NCBI RefSeq assembly: GCF_006345805.1
Contig: NC_043001.1
Span: 105,524,001-105,588,000 of the forward strand
Source: Octopus sinensis
Lineage: Eukaryota
DNA: 64,000 nt
Direction: 5' to 3'
Each line of letters opens with the position of its first letter. Position 1 is the first letter of the stretch. Both the position numbers and the translations under genes were made by a program. Positions 1 through 13,461 of this stretch are shown piece by piece. Under the pieces are notes generated by a model. The model was given only the letters and a program-made list of their open reading frames with translations. It did not search any database and was not told where the DNA came from.

Positions 1-1095
1 ATAACGGTTAATCTTTCGAGCCCGATCGCTGTTCATATTACCTTCATGAGGAACCGTTAACTCGACAAGATTCACAACTTGCTTTCCTTCACACCACATT
101 AAGATTCCGGTTTCTTCGTAACTGGGATGGGAAAGAATCCCTGGCTCCTTGGTAAATCTGCAGTCACCTCTCAATAGCCGTTCCAATTTTCATCGCTCAC
201 AGGAGATGTCTTCTTGAAATAGATCTACTGTCCTGAGGACACGAAGGTAATGAATTCTGTAGATGTCAATTTCAACGGTTTTTCACTGTTGTTGAGATCA
301 ATTTGTTTTTTTATGGCATTGAAAATAACATCAAGCCCCAGACAGTGTCTCCATGTATATCTATTCAATGCTAGTGAACAGTTGGAAAGAATATAGTTCT
401 GTGATTCGACCTTTCCGCATTTGCATATATCAGTGAGACGTTCCATCTTACTAGATTTGTAGGTGATGGCAAGACATCATAGGATGAACGAATCAGAAAA
501 AGCCGAGATGTGGTCCACCTCCATATCACATACGAATTTAGTTTTCTCTCAACATGTTCCTCTCATCTGGGCATCTGTTCTTGTTGAGTGCATTGGTTCA
601 AATGAATCTCTCTTCTCTCTGCTTCCCTCGTTTTGACGCTGTTGCTAACAACAGATCTGCGTCCGCTCCGCATCATAATTGCAAACGGTCTGAACCGATC
701 TGCGTCAAAACCAAGTCCCTTCCGATGAATTTGCTTTGCACCCACCATATCTCGGTGTCTAAGAGAGGACAAATGTCATCAGTCTCTGCTAATGCTTTCC
801 ATTTTCTGGTTGATTTGCATCTGGTGAATTACGCCTGATTTCCATGTCCTTCGACTCTCTCAGCATCGTCACAGTTCGTACCATCCCTAGTTTTTAAATT
901 TCGGCTGTTGATGCCAGTGGTAATTGCAATGAGACTCTTTTACGATAGAGAGCTGAACTGTTCAATATCCGAGGTAGATCTAGCCACTTTCTAATGAGCA
1001 CATTAAATTTTGTTCAACGATTTGAACTCATGACAGTGCTACGTCGTATATTAAAAATGGCCATGAATGTCACGGATACGAGCCAAAGTACCAAA
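1..1095 (-). mobile_element. Decayed HERO-like RLE non-LTR retrotransposon, copy 1 (RT C-terminus, zinc knuckle, endonuclease); runs off the window start
   Basis: ORFs 225..446 (DICKCGKVESQNYILSNCSLALNRYTWRH) and 563..772. Colinear with 28256-29425 at roughly 75-80% identity by eye. Frameshifts and stops are present. Confidence 0.85.
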
Positions 1096-1376
1096 TTAAC
1101 GTTCAAGTGGCTGAGTACTTCACAGAGACGCGTACGTTTAATGTAGTTCTTGGGGAGATTCAGCGTGACACAGAGTGTGACAAGGCTGGCCCTTTGAAAT
1201 AGAAGTACAACAGGAAGAAAGAGTAACATAAAGTTTTGGTGAAAGAGTACAGCCGGGTTCGTCCCCCCCCACTGCCCGAGTTTCGTGGAGCTTTAGGTGC
1301 TTTCGATCCACACAGTCTAGGAATCGTAACCACGATCCTACGACTGCAAGTCCGCTGCAGTAACCACTGGGACATT
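1093..1376 (-). mobile_element. tRNA-derived SINE, family C, 3'-truncated; interrupts HERO copy 1
   Basis: Homologous to 38186-38535 (-) and 42864-43236 (+). tRNA-like head CCCAGTGGTTA...GATCGTGGTTACGATTCC on the minus strand. Confidence 0.8.
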
Positions 1377-1404
1377 GATACGCCACATGTATATATATAT
1401 ATTA

Positions 1405-1558
1405 AACATCGCTTGACAACCGATGCTAGTGTGTTTACGCCCCTGTAACTTTGCAGTTTGGCAAAAGAGACGGATAGAAAAAGTATTATGCTTACAAAGT
1501 CCTTGGGTCGATTTGCGCGAGTAAAGGAGGTGTTCCAGCATGGATGCTGTCAAATGAT
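1405..1558 (+). mobile_element. SINE family A, 3' half
   Basis: aacatcgcttgacaaccgatgct...gttccagcatgg...gtcaaatga matches the family-A copies at 24166 and 41948. Confidence 0.8.
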
Positions 1559-1563
1559 ATATA

Positions 1564-1597
<34 letters not shown>

Positions 1598-1603
<6 letters not shown>

Positions 1604-1660
1604 TGTCAAATGATGTTGGGGGAAGGCAAATACAGACATACAAACATATACATATATACC

Positions 1661-1693
<33 letters not shown>

Positions 1694-1830
1694 CGACGGG
1701 CTTCCTCCAGTTTCCCTCTACCAAACCCAGTCATAAGTCTTTGGTCGGTCCGAGGCTATAGTAGAAGGCACTTGCCCAAAGTGCCACGCTTTGGGACTGA
1801 ACTCGGAAACAAGCTACTTACCACACAGCC
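1598..1830 (-). mobile_element. SINE family A, 5' part with internal (TA)n
   Basis: atacgacgggctt...ggctatagtagaaggcacttgcccaaagtgccacgc...caagctacttaccacacagcc is the reverse complement of the family-A head. Confidence 0.8.
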
Positions 1831-1983
1831 AATATATATGTATATATGTATGTATGCATATATATATATGTGTGCGTGTGTGTGTGTGTATACGCATGCA
1901 TATGTATGTTTGTGTTGCCGGTCTGTCTCTTCTAACGCCAAATCTATGTCAATATAATGAAACGGAAAAAAAATCTCCTTTTG

Positions 1984-2060
1984 ATTTGTGTTACCATTGA
2001 CTGAGAGCAAGAGATGTTGTGTGCAAATATGTTAAGCGAGAAAGTTATAGGCGTCAAGTA
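1984..2060 (+). repeat. 77-bp direct repeat, copy 1 (copy 2 at 10221-10297)
   Basis: atttgtgtt(a/g)ccattgactgagagcaagagatgttgtgtgcaaatatgttaagcgagaaagttatag(g/t)cgtcaagta, with 2 mismatches between copies. Confidence 0.9.
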
Positions 2061-2289
2061 AACTTGACAACGGTGTGATTAACACCTATATTGCTTGGGG
2101 AATTTTAGCCCCTATTAGTGCACAGGTTATATGCATTAGAACATTTAGCTCGTATATCTAGCAATGTTGGTGCTATTCACACATTTAGGCAAGTTTAGTA
2201 GACGACTAGAATCTTCCTTTACGGTGTAACGTTGCTGTTTTTATTAATGTTTTTGTTTGCATATTAGTTATCTGCTACATGAACCGTAA

Positions 2290-3025
2290 GTTTTAATGGT
2301 GAATATATATACGCTGGTAGGCGAGATAACCCGGAATCAACCGAACGAGCTGGCCTCACTGAAGAAGACTACGGAAATAGCCGAACCGAGGATGGTCGGT
2401 CAGGCTAAGAAATTCTCGGTTCGGTTTTCTGGGGCGATTTCAGCTCCTTGCAGAATATATGTTATGTGCATTTTAACAGAATCGGAGCATTTTAGCTGTT
2501 ATTTCTCGCAACAATGGGTGCTCACCGAAGGACCCTAGGGATGAGGGAGGGGAGGCGGATCTTCCGGTCACGGAGGAAACCCACCCTTCCTCAGTTAAAG
2601 AGGAAAACAAGCAAGGAAAAAGAGAAACGGGACATTGCCGGCAGGTGGTAACACAATACCGAATGTCCCGGAACTTCGTCAGTGGGAATTGTGCAACCGA
2701 TGGGGAGAGAGCCATCGTTGGTGGGAATTGTGCCATTGACGGTGGAAGTGGCCCCCTTGTCACCGGAAGAAGATGAATTACTTCTTTTCATCTAAAGAGG
2801 CGGAGAAGTTGAAAGGTGTTGGAGAAGCACACTAAGGGAGCAATTATGACCTGCACACGGGATCCCGAATGGCCTCGGCAGATAGCTGTGGAAGTCATAA
2901 CGACGACTGTGTCAATGGCTAGAGAAGCTCAATGATGAATATCGCTTGTAGCCGGGCGACACCGATACGCCACCTGCTTTGTGCTTGAATGAGGCGTGGG
3001 AAAGGGCAAGGTACGGGGTCACAAG
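2290..3025. mobile_element. GC-rich unclassified retroelement relic
   Basis: Sharp GC rise over the background. Minus-strand TTGTGACCCCG near 3005-3015 resembles a Gypsy-type PBS. Internal gtgggaattgtgc duplication. No convincing ORF. Confidence 0.3.
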
Positions 3026-3046
3026 TGATATACACACACTAACACT

Positions 3047-3160
<114 letters not shown>

Positions 3161-3171
3161 GTGCGCGCATG

Positions 3172-3335
3172 TGTTCGTGTGTTTAAGTCCCCGTAAGTTA
3201 GCAGTTCCGCAAAAAGTAACGATAAAATAAGTACTAGAGTTACAAAGAAACAGACCTGGGGTCGATTTGTTCGACTAAGAAGGTGGTGTTCCTGCATGGC
3301 CACAATCAAATGACTGAAACAAGAAAAGGAATAAA
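3172..3335 (+). mobile_element. SINE family A, 3' half
   Basis: gtccccgtaagttagc...ggggtcgatttgttcgactaag...gcatggccacaatcaaatgactgaaacaag. Confidence 0.8.
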
Positions 3336-3344
3336 AGAAGAAAA

Positions 3345-3378
<34 letters not shown>

Positions 3379-4116
3379 ATATATATATATATACATGCAT
3401 ATGTGGGCACAGGACGTCATGAAACGTGTTCAACAAAAAAATACGAAGTACGAGTAAATGAAATATCAATTATTTTTTCGAAGAACGAAAGACACAGATG
3501 GTAAACAAGACAAACAGCAGAAAGAACGAACCCTCATCAGTTGTTGGCTGTTTTTCTAATCTCGTATTTCGAGCATTTAACAACAATATACGCTTTCGAT
3601 AAAACACATGCTCCCGCAAAGCAAATTAGATAAAATTTGGGATTTTGCGGAGGGTCAAAATTGGTAACACCAAAGGTCAGTAAAAACAAACAGGAAGGTT
3701 TGCTGGGCCTAAACGAGGTTGTGGTGGCGAACGCGTAAATCAAGCTTGGACAGGAGACAGACAAGAATACATCTCCTTTTTTCTAGCTACAACGGAGAGA
3801 AAGAAACACAAGTTAGAAGAAAGAAACATGGCCGATGGTCACGTGGGAACAACGTGAGCAATGGAAGAGGAGTGGGGGGGGGGAGAGAGAGAGAGTGACA
3901 TAATAATACAACAGAATAGTAGGAGAAGAGGAGTTAAATGGGTGAGTGAAAGAGATAAAAGCGAAAGCGTAAAATTATTGTATAGAGTGCACATATATGT
4001 AAATGTATGTATGCATGTATGTATGTATATGACAGTCTGTGTAGTGTGTGTGCGTGTATGTACGTCTGTGTGTGTGAAACTAAGAATTTTACCCAGCGTA
4101 TTAACGATTTTGCTAG

Positions 4117-4215
4117 CTCGCGCCTCGACGGAATTTGAAATCAGAACTTAAAGACGGACGAAATGTCGCTAAGAAATTTAACCGGCTTAGTAACGATTTT
4201 CCCGATTTAACGCGT
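4117..4215 (-). mobile_element. SINE family B head fragment
   Basis: cctcgacggaatttgaaatcagaac...cgaaat matches the minus-strand copies at 23419 and 33314. Confidence 0.6.
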
Positions 4216-4661
4216 TTCTGTAATATATAATATTAATAACATCTTAGGAGGAAACTTTTTGCATTACAATATAAAATATTACTCACTAGACTGAGCTGGA
4301 AACCAAAATGTGGTTTTGAATCAAATATATTGTCAAATTAAATAATCGTAATATTATACATTGCGGCTCCTAACTTAATGGCTGCCGTAATATCGCCCCA
4401 ACCTTTTAATGCACTTAAGATATTAGGTGCCAGCATAACACGGCAATAATTTCTTAAACGTTTCTAACTGCTGTATATAATAATATATACTGTGCATTGC
4501 AGCAGATATTCAATATAAGAACTCGTACCATTACACAGAATGGAGAAAATGTATCTATAAAAATATGAATATGCTTCTGTACCAGTTACAACAAATGCTG
4601 ATGTATATATTAGGTAATTCATTATTTCAGGCATGAGAAAAGTTTCACGCGTCCTTCTCTC

Positions 4662-4730
<69 letters not shown>

Positions 4731-4767
4731 ACGTATTTACATCTTTAATTCGTTTATTGTTTTATCT

Positions 4768-5135
4768 GTGTCAGTTATTTGATTGCAGCCATGCTGGAGC
4801 ACCGCTTTAAAGGATTTAGTCAAAGAAATCGACCCCAGGACTTAATCTTTGTAAACCTAATACTTATTCTATCGGTTTCTTTTGCCCAATCGCTAAGTTA
4901 CGGAAGACATAAATATATCAGCATTGTTTGTCAAACAATGGTGAGGGGATACAGAGACACAAAGACACACAAACAAACATACACACATAAATATATATTT
5001 CAATTCTTATCTACCAAATTCACTTACAAGGTATTGGTCGGCCAGAGAATATAGTAGAAAACACTTGTCTAAGATGCCATGCAGTAGGACTGAACCAAGA
5101 ACCATATGGTTGGGAAGCAATCTTCTTACCACACA
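4768..5135 (-). mobile_element. SINE family A, near full length
   Basis: gcagccatgctggagcaccgc...atcgaccccaggact...ggactgaaccaagaaccatatggttgggaagc. Confidence 0.85.
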
Positions 5136-5140
5136 CGATA

Positions 5141-5219
<79 letters not shown>

Positions 5220-6703
5220 TATAAACAATAATAATAAGCATTGTTACGTAGTAGCATAGCATTACATTTCATTTTCTTTATATATACAGCTTTACATGCA
5301 CCTATACATGTTTCTACTGCACCGATGAGCAACTGTTGCAATTGCAACCCTACTATAATACCGGTGCAGCTTCTTCAGAGTTTTGATTTTAATATCCTTC
5401 GATTTAACCGCTTAAAGTTTCTCGTTTATCTACTCTGCGTTGTATGATGTAGAGTTGTCCGTTAAGATAGACGCGAACAATCTCCAATTATGGTCCATTA
5501 TTCAAACCATTCTGCTGTTTAAATGCTTCTTATTAATTTATACTGGACAAATGTGAATTTCCTCATATACAGGCATCTCAATGGTTGTACCTGTCTAGAA
5601 ATTTTTATATCATCCTTAGATATAAAAATGCAGTAAAATTCTTCGAAATATATGTTACGTTTATTAGTTCCAGGTCTTCAGGTTTTTGCAGTACAAATTT
5701 ATTCCTAATTGATTTTCTAGTCTTTGTTCCTGTCTTTAATAGACCAGAATAATTTACTAAGACTTGTTTGGAAACTTATTTTCATCTCTAAAGTCTCTTC
5801 TACAAAATTAATGACGTCCCGTCGATGTAAAAATATTCTGCTTGGCGTTTTCTAATTGTGACATTTTTTGTGATGTCACTTCAAATTACAGCATGTCGAA
5901 CACTCATATATAGATTCTTTCACCGACACAAATGTTATAATATTGTTTCAAGAAGTTATTGTTATATTGTATCAGATGCAATTCGCAGCACGTAAACTAT
6001 TCCGAAGGCAATAGGATATTTAAAAGCATATTTTCAACCACATTATTATGAATTCGCCATAAATTAAATGATGCGTTTGAAATGTCAATGATTCAACAAG
6101 AGCGACAGAATTCTTCATGTCAAACCGTGCATTTGTACTTAAGTATACATGTTTAGCAAACATGTTTGTTAGATAATTTGATCATCTTTTAATTATTTTA
6201 TTTTTTTTTTTGAATGGTAAAGAAATTCCATGAGTAGCTACATGTGATCACCGTTCTTGAAACATGAATGTAAAGTAAAATTGGTTGGTATATGAATTGT
6301 ATTCGTATTCTGAAACAATGTTTTTGTGTGTTTTAATTTCGTAAATTCAGTGACTGGTTCACTGAAAGAATGGCAACTGCGACCTAATTTTGCAAAGCTC
6401 TCCATATTGTGAAAATGAGAAAATAACTGCTTACACAAAACACAGAGCATCAAAGCTGGCACAAGTTCAATCTCCGCTGAAGGCGTCGAAATACCAAGTA
6501 GTGGTAAGAAATGTAGCGAAAATAATAAATTGAATTAGTATAAGTTATCGGTCATTTGCCGAGTTTTAATAACCATGATTAATGTGCTGTAGTTAGTACT
6601 ATTGATTTTCATAACGCTAGAGGATATTATAAATATTAAATCAGCAGTATGACTAAAAATTATGAATTCTAAATACAAATATGATAGGATCGCACATATA
6701 TAA

Positions 6704-7114
6704 TACTAGCGGCTAAGCCCGGTTTCACCCGGTCTGTTTGGATGATGTGGCTGTGATCGTTTTCGGTTAGGCATAATCTATAACAGCTTTTCTCTACCTT
6801 ATCATTTCGGGTCCCCTGTTTCGATTGGATCCTTCAGCTCTATGAAACTTTCCTGGCCCTACCCCATCAGAAAACAGCTTCTAAGCAACTGGTTGTTTTA
6901 ATGGCGGAAGAAAGAGGGGAATTCCATTACAAAAGTTTTAATCGATTTTCTCAGTAAGTATGGGGGCTAGGAAAAAATAGAAACTGCATCCCAATCTATG
7001 CAGTCGTCTTCACATGTGTGCCATTTTTCACGTGAATCCACCCAGCCGTTTGGCTTTGAACCTCAAGACAAGAAAGAATACAACGATCGCCCATGTCCAA
7101 TTTATATTATAGAT
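6704..7114 (+). mobile_element. Non-autonomous Helitron/Helentron-like element
   Basis: Begins ACTAGC...GCCCGG-TTTCA-CCCGG and ends ...CCAGCCGTTTGG...TTTATATTATAGAT, the end layout typical of DINE-1/HINE-type elements (recognised from memory, not searched). Confidence 0.55.
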
Positions 7115-9648
7115 TTAGAGCTAGAAACACCAAACAATTGAGATTGTACAAGAAATTAATAGGCGAAATCTCACCTTGTGTGTTTCTAAATTGTTATAAT
7201 AATGATATGGAAATGTAATAACAATAAGGTCAGATATATAAATATTTTTAGCAGTGTATGAAATGCAGGATGAACCAAACGGTGAAACGAAATACATGCA
7301 TCAATGATGCACTGAACTTGAGAACTTGTGAATGAGGTGATATAGATTACAAATATGTGCTATATGCTTGAAATAAGATATCCCATGTGTATAGTATACT
7401 GAGTTGGAAAACTTGGAATAGTAAAATATTCTGCGATATGATACAAAGCAATTTAATGATGTTTACAATCCCCAAACTGCAAGCAAGTCAGGAACCTCAC
7501 ATTAATGAGTCACATGAACATTTTAGTTTGATGTCCCACAAATGCAATTATGGAAAGTATGCGTTAAATAATGATGTTGATAGGCGATGCTTCTTGACGG
7601 CAGTTATCTAAAATAGTTTGTACATGCCACTGCAGGCGTGATATTTTCATAAGTGCATTTATATGTAATGGTCAAATTAAAAATTTTGTGCACCTTTAGT
7701 ATACATTCAATTAAGAACATTCGATTATGTCTATGTGTAAATATTTTCCTAGAGTTTTGCATTTCTTTCTCACCTTCCATCTCTCTCATTGTTCATGGCG
7801 GGGAGTGTTACTAGACATCTGATTTCCATTGTCCATTTCTTATCATTAATTTTATCGTCCAGTCTAACACATAAATTTCTCATACTTCGACGTAGGTCTC
7901 AACCTAAGGCCAGTTACTAGTGTGACCTTCGAAATGTTATGTTGTCTTTCGACAAATATGATTGGCGTCTGAAGGTACAGAGCCTGCATTACCATATTTT
8001 ATTTTCTATAATGGAAATCTAGAAAATTAGTGACTTCTCTGTTCTAAAAATTAATAGCGATTCGTTGTCATATATCTATTGTAAATAACAACTGACAGTT
8101 TATCTATAAAACTCATTATATTTAATACTTACTCATATCATTTGAAATATGGATATATTGTCTCATAAATGAATAACAAGATCGTATTTCTTTTAACAAT
8201 ATTTCAACACAAATGTAATAATTAATTTGTTTCAAGTACCCGCGATATGATCAATTCAATATCTTTTGCTTTAATACCGTTATTAATTGGCGCCAAATTG
8301 TCAGAGTTATTAGAACGGTGGACACACTGTATGCTCTAGTCCTTCTTCATTGATACCCTTTAACGTTTAAAATCACCGAAATACACTTACATATTTTCGG
8401 ATCAACAAAATCGTGAACCTATACAGGGTTGTGGGCTGCGAGTTTGTTAGTGACTAAGATGAGTTGCTCTGCCGTATTTGCTCCAGTTTATGCATTCCTA
8501 TTTGCTTGGTAATGGTGTTATTTCATCCCTCATTTTGATAACGCTGAGATGTCACTTGTTTATCTTTTGCGGTTTTAACTTTGTTGTAAGCATTCTGTTT
8601 GGATGATAACTTCCACTAGACCCAGAGACGCTAAATATACAAAAGGTTCTGGACGTTCCTTTCGTTCCGTTACCAGTCAGACGAAGATCATTCCATTTTA
8701 GGTTAGGAACATTAAGACATCTAACTTAACGTAAAATACGTCGTTTTATATAACAGATAAATATTAGTTGGTGAATGATATAATCGGATTATTTGTAAAT
8801 ATTCGAGATACCGTTTGATGTCTTGATTTTATCGAGGATTATATAAGGAAATATAATCTAAATGTCGATTAGAATGTATTAGGGGGCACATAAATGAATG
8901 TCCAGAATCATAAACTTGTAACCTTACAAATAATTTCCAGACACAATCCACATGGTTAATCGCAAGAAAATGGCTGATTATAGTTTGAATGTTTGGCGAA
9001 TAAAATGCTTCGCTGTCAACTAATATATGATTATAAAAATGTCATTTAGAAGTGGTTATTTATTTTTATCCTGCACAGTGAAATATAGCTGTACATCGCT
9101 AATGCTTTATTCGATTATCTTTCAAATGGATTTACAGTAGAATACTGAATGGTGTCGTGGAATCGACAAATGATAGATTATGGAAATATAGCGAATAATA
9201 TAATTTCGACATAAACAGCATTGAAGCATTGGAGAAAGAACGTCAACATGATAATTATTATTCTCCTGCCGTAATATAGTTCAAATTTTTCCGTAGTGTT
9301 TTTTATACACTTAATCTTTGTTTTCAAATCATTTAAAGAACAAGTAGCATTATAGAATTGGTAAACTAGCTGCTGACTTTGAATACTTTCACAGTCACCT
9401 GACAAGGGTAACACGTTACATGATATTCTCCTTAGCGTCACTCCATAATAAATTGAACCAAGCGTCGATTCGAACAGACTCCGCTCGCACCAGGTAGTAC
9501 TTTTTCTGTTGGTTTCACTTCCATGTTTTGCTTCAACAAAATAATTACCTTTCTTCCAAAATTAAACCAAAGGACGATTCTCAGGAAACGATTCCAGAAA
9601 CGGTAGGTATTAAGATCATTTGAAATACTTACAAGGATTGGATTTTAG

Positions 9649-9772
9649 ATGTTTGGTACGACATGGTGCAAACAGTACACTTGTACCTCGGTACTACGTA
9701 CTTCCCTGTAACGGATTTCGGAAGCAGTCGACAAAATCATGGCATATCAACAACACCCATTCGCCATCCATG
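9649..9772 (+). other. Candidate exon of an unidentified gene
   Basis: TTTTAG acceptor, perfect G|GTAAGT donor at 9773, and a GC drop after the donor. AAAATCATGG at 9739 could alternatively start MAYQQHPFAIH. Confidence 0.3.
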
Positions 9773-10220
9773 GTAAGTCTGATTTTAAATTTTAAAAATA
9801 TTAGATTTGCTGTATTATAGTGTTTATTTACAGTGTATAGGTTTTTCACACTCTCAGATTGGATAGTGTGTTTGATTAAAAGTACAGTCCTGTATTTATT
9901 CCTGTGTATTCGTAATGTAAATGTTGATATTAACCACTCGTAACGTAACTTAACCTTTGTGTCGGTACCTGCAGACAATCGGCTTCATCGGACCCATGTT
10001 CCTTCCATTTAGTCCGTACTGCCGAAGTATGTGTAGACTAAAATTTCATGTTGCCAAGACTAATTTATATCTTCGAAAGTTCTTTACAAATTATGCATAT
10101 AAATAATTCAGTTGAAATCCCTATAAAGTCAAAAAATGATATTCATGCTTACTTATATATAATACTAACTTGCTATTATAATTTTCTAAATGTTCTTAAT
10201 ACATTATTTACACTATTTGC

Positions 10221-10297
10221 ATTTGTGTTGCCATTGACTGAGAGCAAGAGATGTTGTGTGCAAATATGTTAAGCGAGAAAGTTATAGTCGTCAAGTA
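10221..10297 (+). repeat. 77-bp direct repeat, copy 2
   Basis: Matches 1984-2060 with 2 mismatches; immediately followed by a fold-back element. Confidence 0.9.
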
Positions 10298-10302
10298 TTT
10301 AC

Positions 10303-10515
10303 ATTTGACGGATATTTGTCCTCATCTTTTTTGTTGTTAACACGTTTCGGCTGACATATCTTCCCGCCTTCACCAGGTGTCTTGGGGAAATTTCTAACCT
10401 TAGAATGAGAACCCAGGTTCGAAATTGCCCCAAGATACCTGATGAAGGCTGCGGGGTATATCAGCCGAAACTTTGTGTTAATAACAAACAAGATGAGGAC
10501 AAATAACCGTCAAAT
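10303..10515. mobile_element. ~210-bp palindromic (fold-back) repeat, probably Penelope-related
   Basis: Arms atttgacggatatttgtcctcatct...gtgtcttggggaaatttctaacc and ggttcgaaattgccccaagatacc...gatgaggacaaataaccgtcaaat are reverse complements around a short spacer. Confidence 0.8.
10434..10478 (+). ncRNA. Minimal hammerhead-ribozyme-like motif, cleavage triplet degenerate
   Basis: gatac-CTGATGA-a-GGCTG(cggggtatat)CAGCC-GAAAC-ttt-gtgt. Core and stem II intact; G16.2 lost. Confidence 0.5.
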
Positions 10516-11191
10516 ATAACGTAAATAATGTACATAATTCCTCATCTCTTAAATATAGTACACTGTATGTTCTTAATATATATGTTTTTCATGTGGCAAA
10601 CGCTTGTTTATCGCTAATTAAGCAAAACACACACTTAAGTATTGCATACTTAAATAAGAGCAGCTAATTCTGACGAAAGTAATGCTCATTGTTTCATGAT
10701 AGCTGATCTTTATCAATTTATTTCTGTTTTATGAAAGGAGGCTTAGGCATAAATATTACACCGAGCTATTTGTTAATACGTACTGCATTTAATATACCAA
10801 GATCTATTATTGTATTTTCTCTTATAATGCATCAATATTTATAGCTGCTGTCTCAGATATGTCAGAAATCTCAAGAAATCTGAGAAGATATTTCCTTTCC
10901 CCAGTTTAGCCATTAATACAAAAGGGAATATGTTAACTATATGCATACAATTAAAGCAAACCTGACAAGTAAATTATGTTTCGTTGCAGATACATAAATA
11001 AAATCGGTCGGTTCCTGAATCCAAGTCAGGATTTTAGACAGGATATATTTCAAATATAGTAATTCTGTTTTCCTACATAAAAATCCATAAGAGCAGATGC
11101 CATTTGCACTTAGAGAACCGATATTCTGCTGTCATTTCAAATATACGCGATGCCACATATACGTAGCTACTTATTGTTTCTAGAACTTTAG

Positions 11192-11280
11192 GCTAAAACG
11201 AATGTGTATGGAGCGGCGAACGTAATGCACAGCAATGATATTACTATTTTTGCTGTTCATGTGACTAAATACATAGGCAG
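11192..11280 (+). other. Candidate 89-nt exon AKTNVYGAANVMHSNDITIFAVHVTKYIG, loosely like the end of a vWA domain
   Basis: TTTAG acceptor, CAG|GTGAGA donor, open frame 0. ITIFAV resembles the vWA 'GITIFAVGVG' strand. Weak. Confidence 0.25.
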
Positions 11281-12957
11281 GTGAGAATATTCTGTTGTGC
11301 GAATAAGAATTGCAATAAGTTAAGAATAGACAGCAGCTACACCAATTTCTTGATGTTTAACACCATCGTACCGAATAATTGTACAAGGTAATTGAGCGGT
11401 CCTCTGTAAATGTAGAACCAGATAACGAGGGGCGCCATTTTAATAGTTCAGACAATTTTAGAAAAGTTTCCTCACATACAATTTCAATGAAAAATAGAGG
11501 ATATATATTCAGAGAAGACAAAAGCAGCAATGTGCAATTTATATTGACGGAGCCGATTATATCATTTTTGTTTGGGGATTAATTAAAATTAATTAAAACC
11601 GATAATAACTGATTAAATTCAAGAATTCCTAAAATATATGCTTGGAATTTACTGTTGCTTTGTTCCCCACCTCAAACATCAGAAACGTTTTTGCATACTG
11701 ACTATAAATGAACTGAAGGAACTGAAATTCTAATTTTTGGAAGCTTCTTTCGATGTAGCCTTTGTTTACTCATTGAGAATGCCATAACCGCATACTGTGG
11801 TATATGTATGTATGAATGTATATGTAAGATCTGGGAATCAGTTACTTTTTATTACTTACTTTTTATAAATTTTCACACAAACATAAATGTGTATGTATGT
11901 ATATATATATTTATATATTTATATATTTATATATATATATATATATATATTGTTATATTTCGGAATGGTCATATTAAAACGTATATATATATATATATAT
12001 ATGCTCATATTACCACACACACAGATATACGCATATATATGTATAAGAATTAGTGTATAGCAATGGAATATATAACAATTTGCTCAAATCATAAGTGCCC
12101 CAGCATGGCCGTATTCTAATTAATGAAAGAAGTAAAAGAAGAAAAGTAAGAAAAGAGAACCGTATATTTAGTCGAAGAATGCCGAACCGGTTCCAAATAA
12201 AAGTAATTACTCATATTACATAAGAAACGCCATCATTTCATACACGGAATTAAATTTCTTTTATAAAACATTCTATCAAGTCTCATATACTAATGCATTT
12301 CCTGCATTAATGTAAATTTGTATATAATATCATTTAATAACAATAAACGCAGAGTGCGTATCTCTAGTTTGCAAGTATCGAAATGTTGATGTCATAAGAG
12401 TTAATTGAAAGCTTAGAAAGTACTCAAGACAGCGACAATAAAAAATAACTTCTGCATTAACATATCATTCTGATATATCTGTGGGAATTAAGCACAAAGG
12501 CATGATTTGTTTGAAAATGAAATAAGATCTGAAGATGGATTCGAACGCATCAACTTATAGAATACACAATTTTGCTTAAATACAAAAGTAAAGAGGGTTG
12601 TATTTCTTTCAGTTAGAGAGGTGAATTAAATCTGATTAATCCATTACAGATATATCGAATTTTAACAAGAGATGTAATATACACACAGCATGGCGTACCT
12701 TTGATAAAATAACAATTGCATCATCAGCTTTCATTGGCTGAATAATTCAACACGACACAATCTATGGAACGGGTGAACAGATACAAGATGTATTGTGGAA
12801 ATTAGGACAATTAGGTATGTATTATAATGTCACTGGCATCTACAGAAATAATATCAATAACATCGCAGGTTTAAATATGTTATAGTTTTAACATTTTCCA
12901 GCTACACACAACTGGATATCAGAATAGGCTCTACGGGTACACACACACACACACACA

Positions 12958-13035
<78 letters not shown>

Positions 13036-13461
13036 ATACATATATATATAAGTTCAGCAGCAATTTAGATTCAAGTACATATTTATATATAAGTATATAT
13101 ATATATATATATAAGTATATATGTACACACACTCCGCGGGTGTACCATGTCACCAAAGTTAATTTAGTACAAACATAATATATATTTCCAAAGTTCCATT
13201 CCTGTGATGCATCACAAACTATACAAATGCAATTACGTTACGATATTACTCATCCTAATAAAGAAATAGTGATTATTTTAAACACACAGCGCTGACGCTG
13301 CAATTCATCGAATCAACGCTGAACAACAGCAAATTAATGAAGTGTATAAATAAAATGAATCATAGACAAATTAGAAACTTCCTAATTGTTTGTATCCAAA
13401 TCAAACACTTTACGAAACACGCTGCAATATCAACAAACAATACTGCTACATAAAACGTGAA

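Noticed and set aside
9455-9495. GTTCGAATC B-box on the minus strand
   Set aside because: No A box or cloverleaf. No true tRNA gene was found in the window; the tRNA-like heads belong to SINEs.
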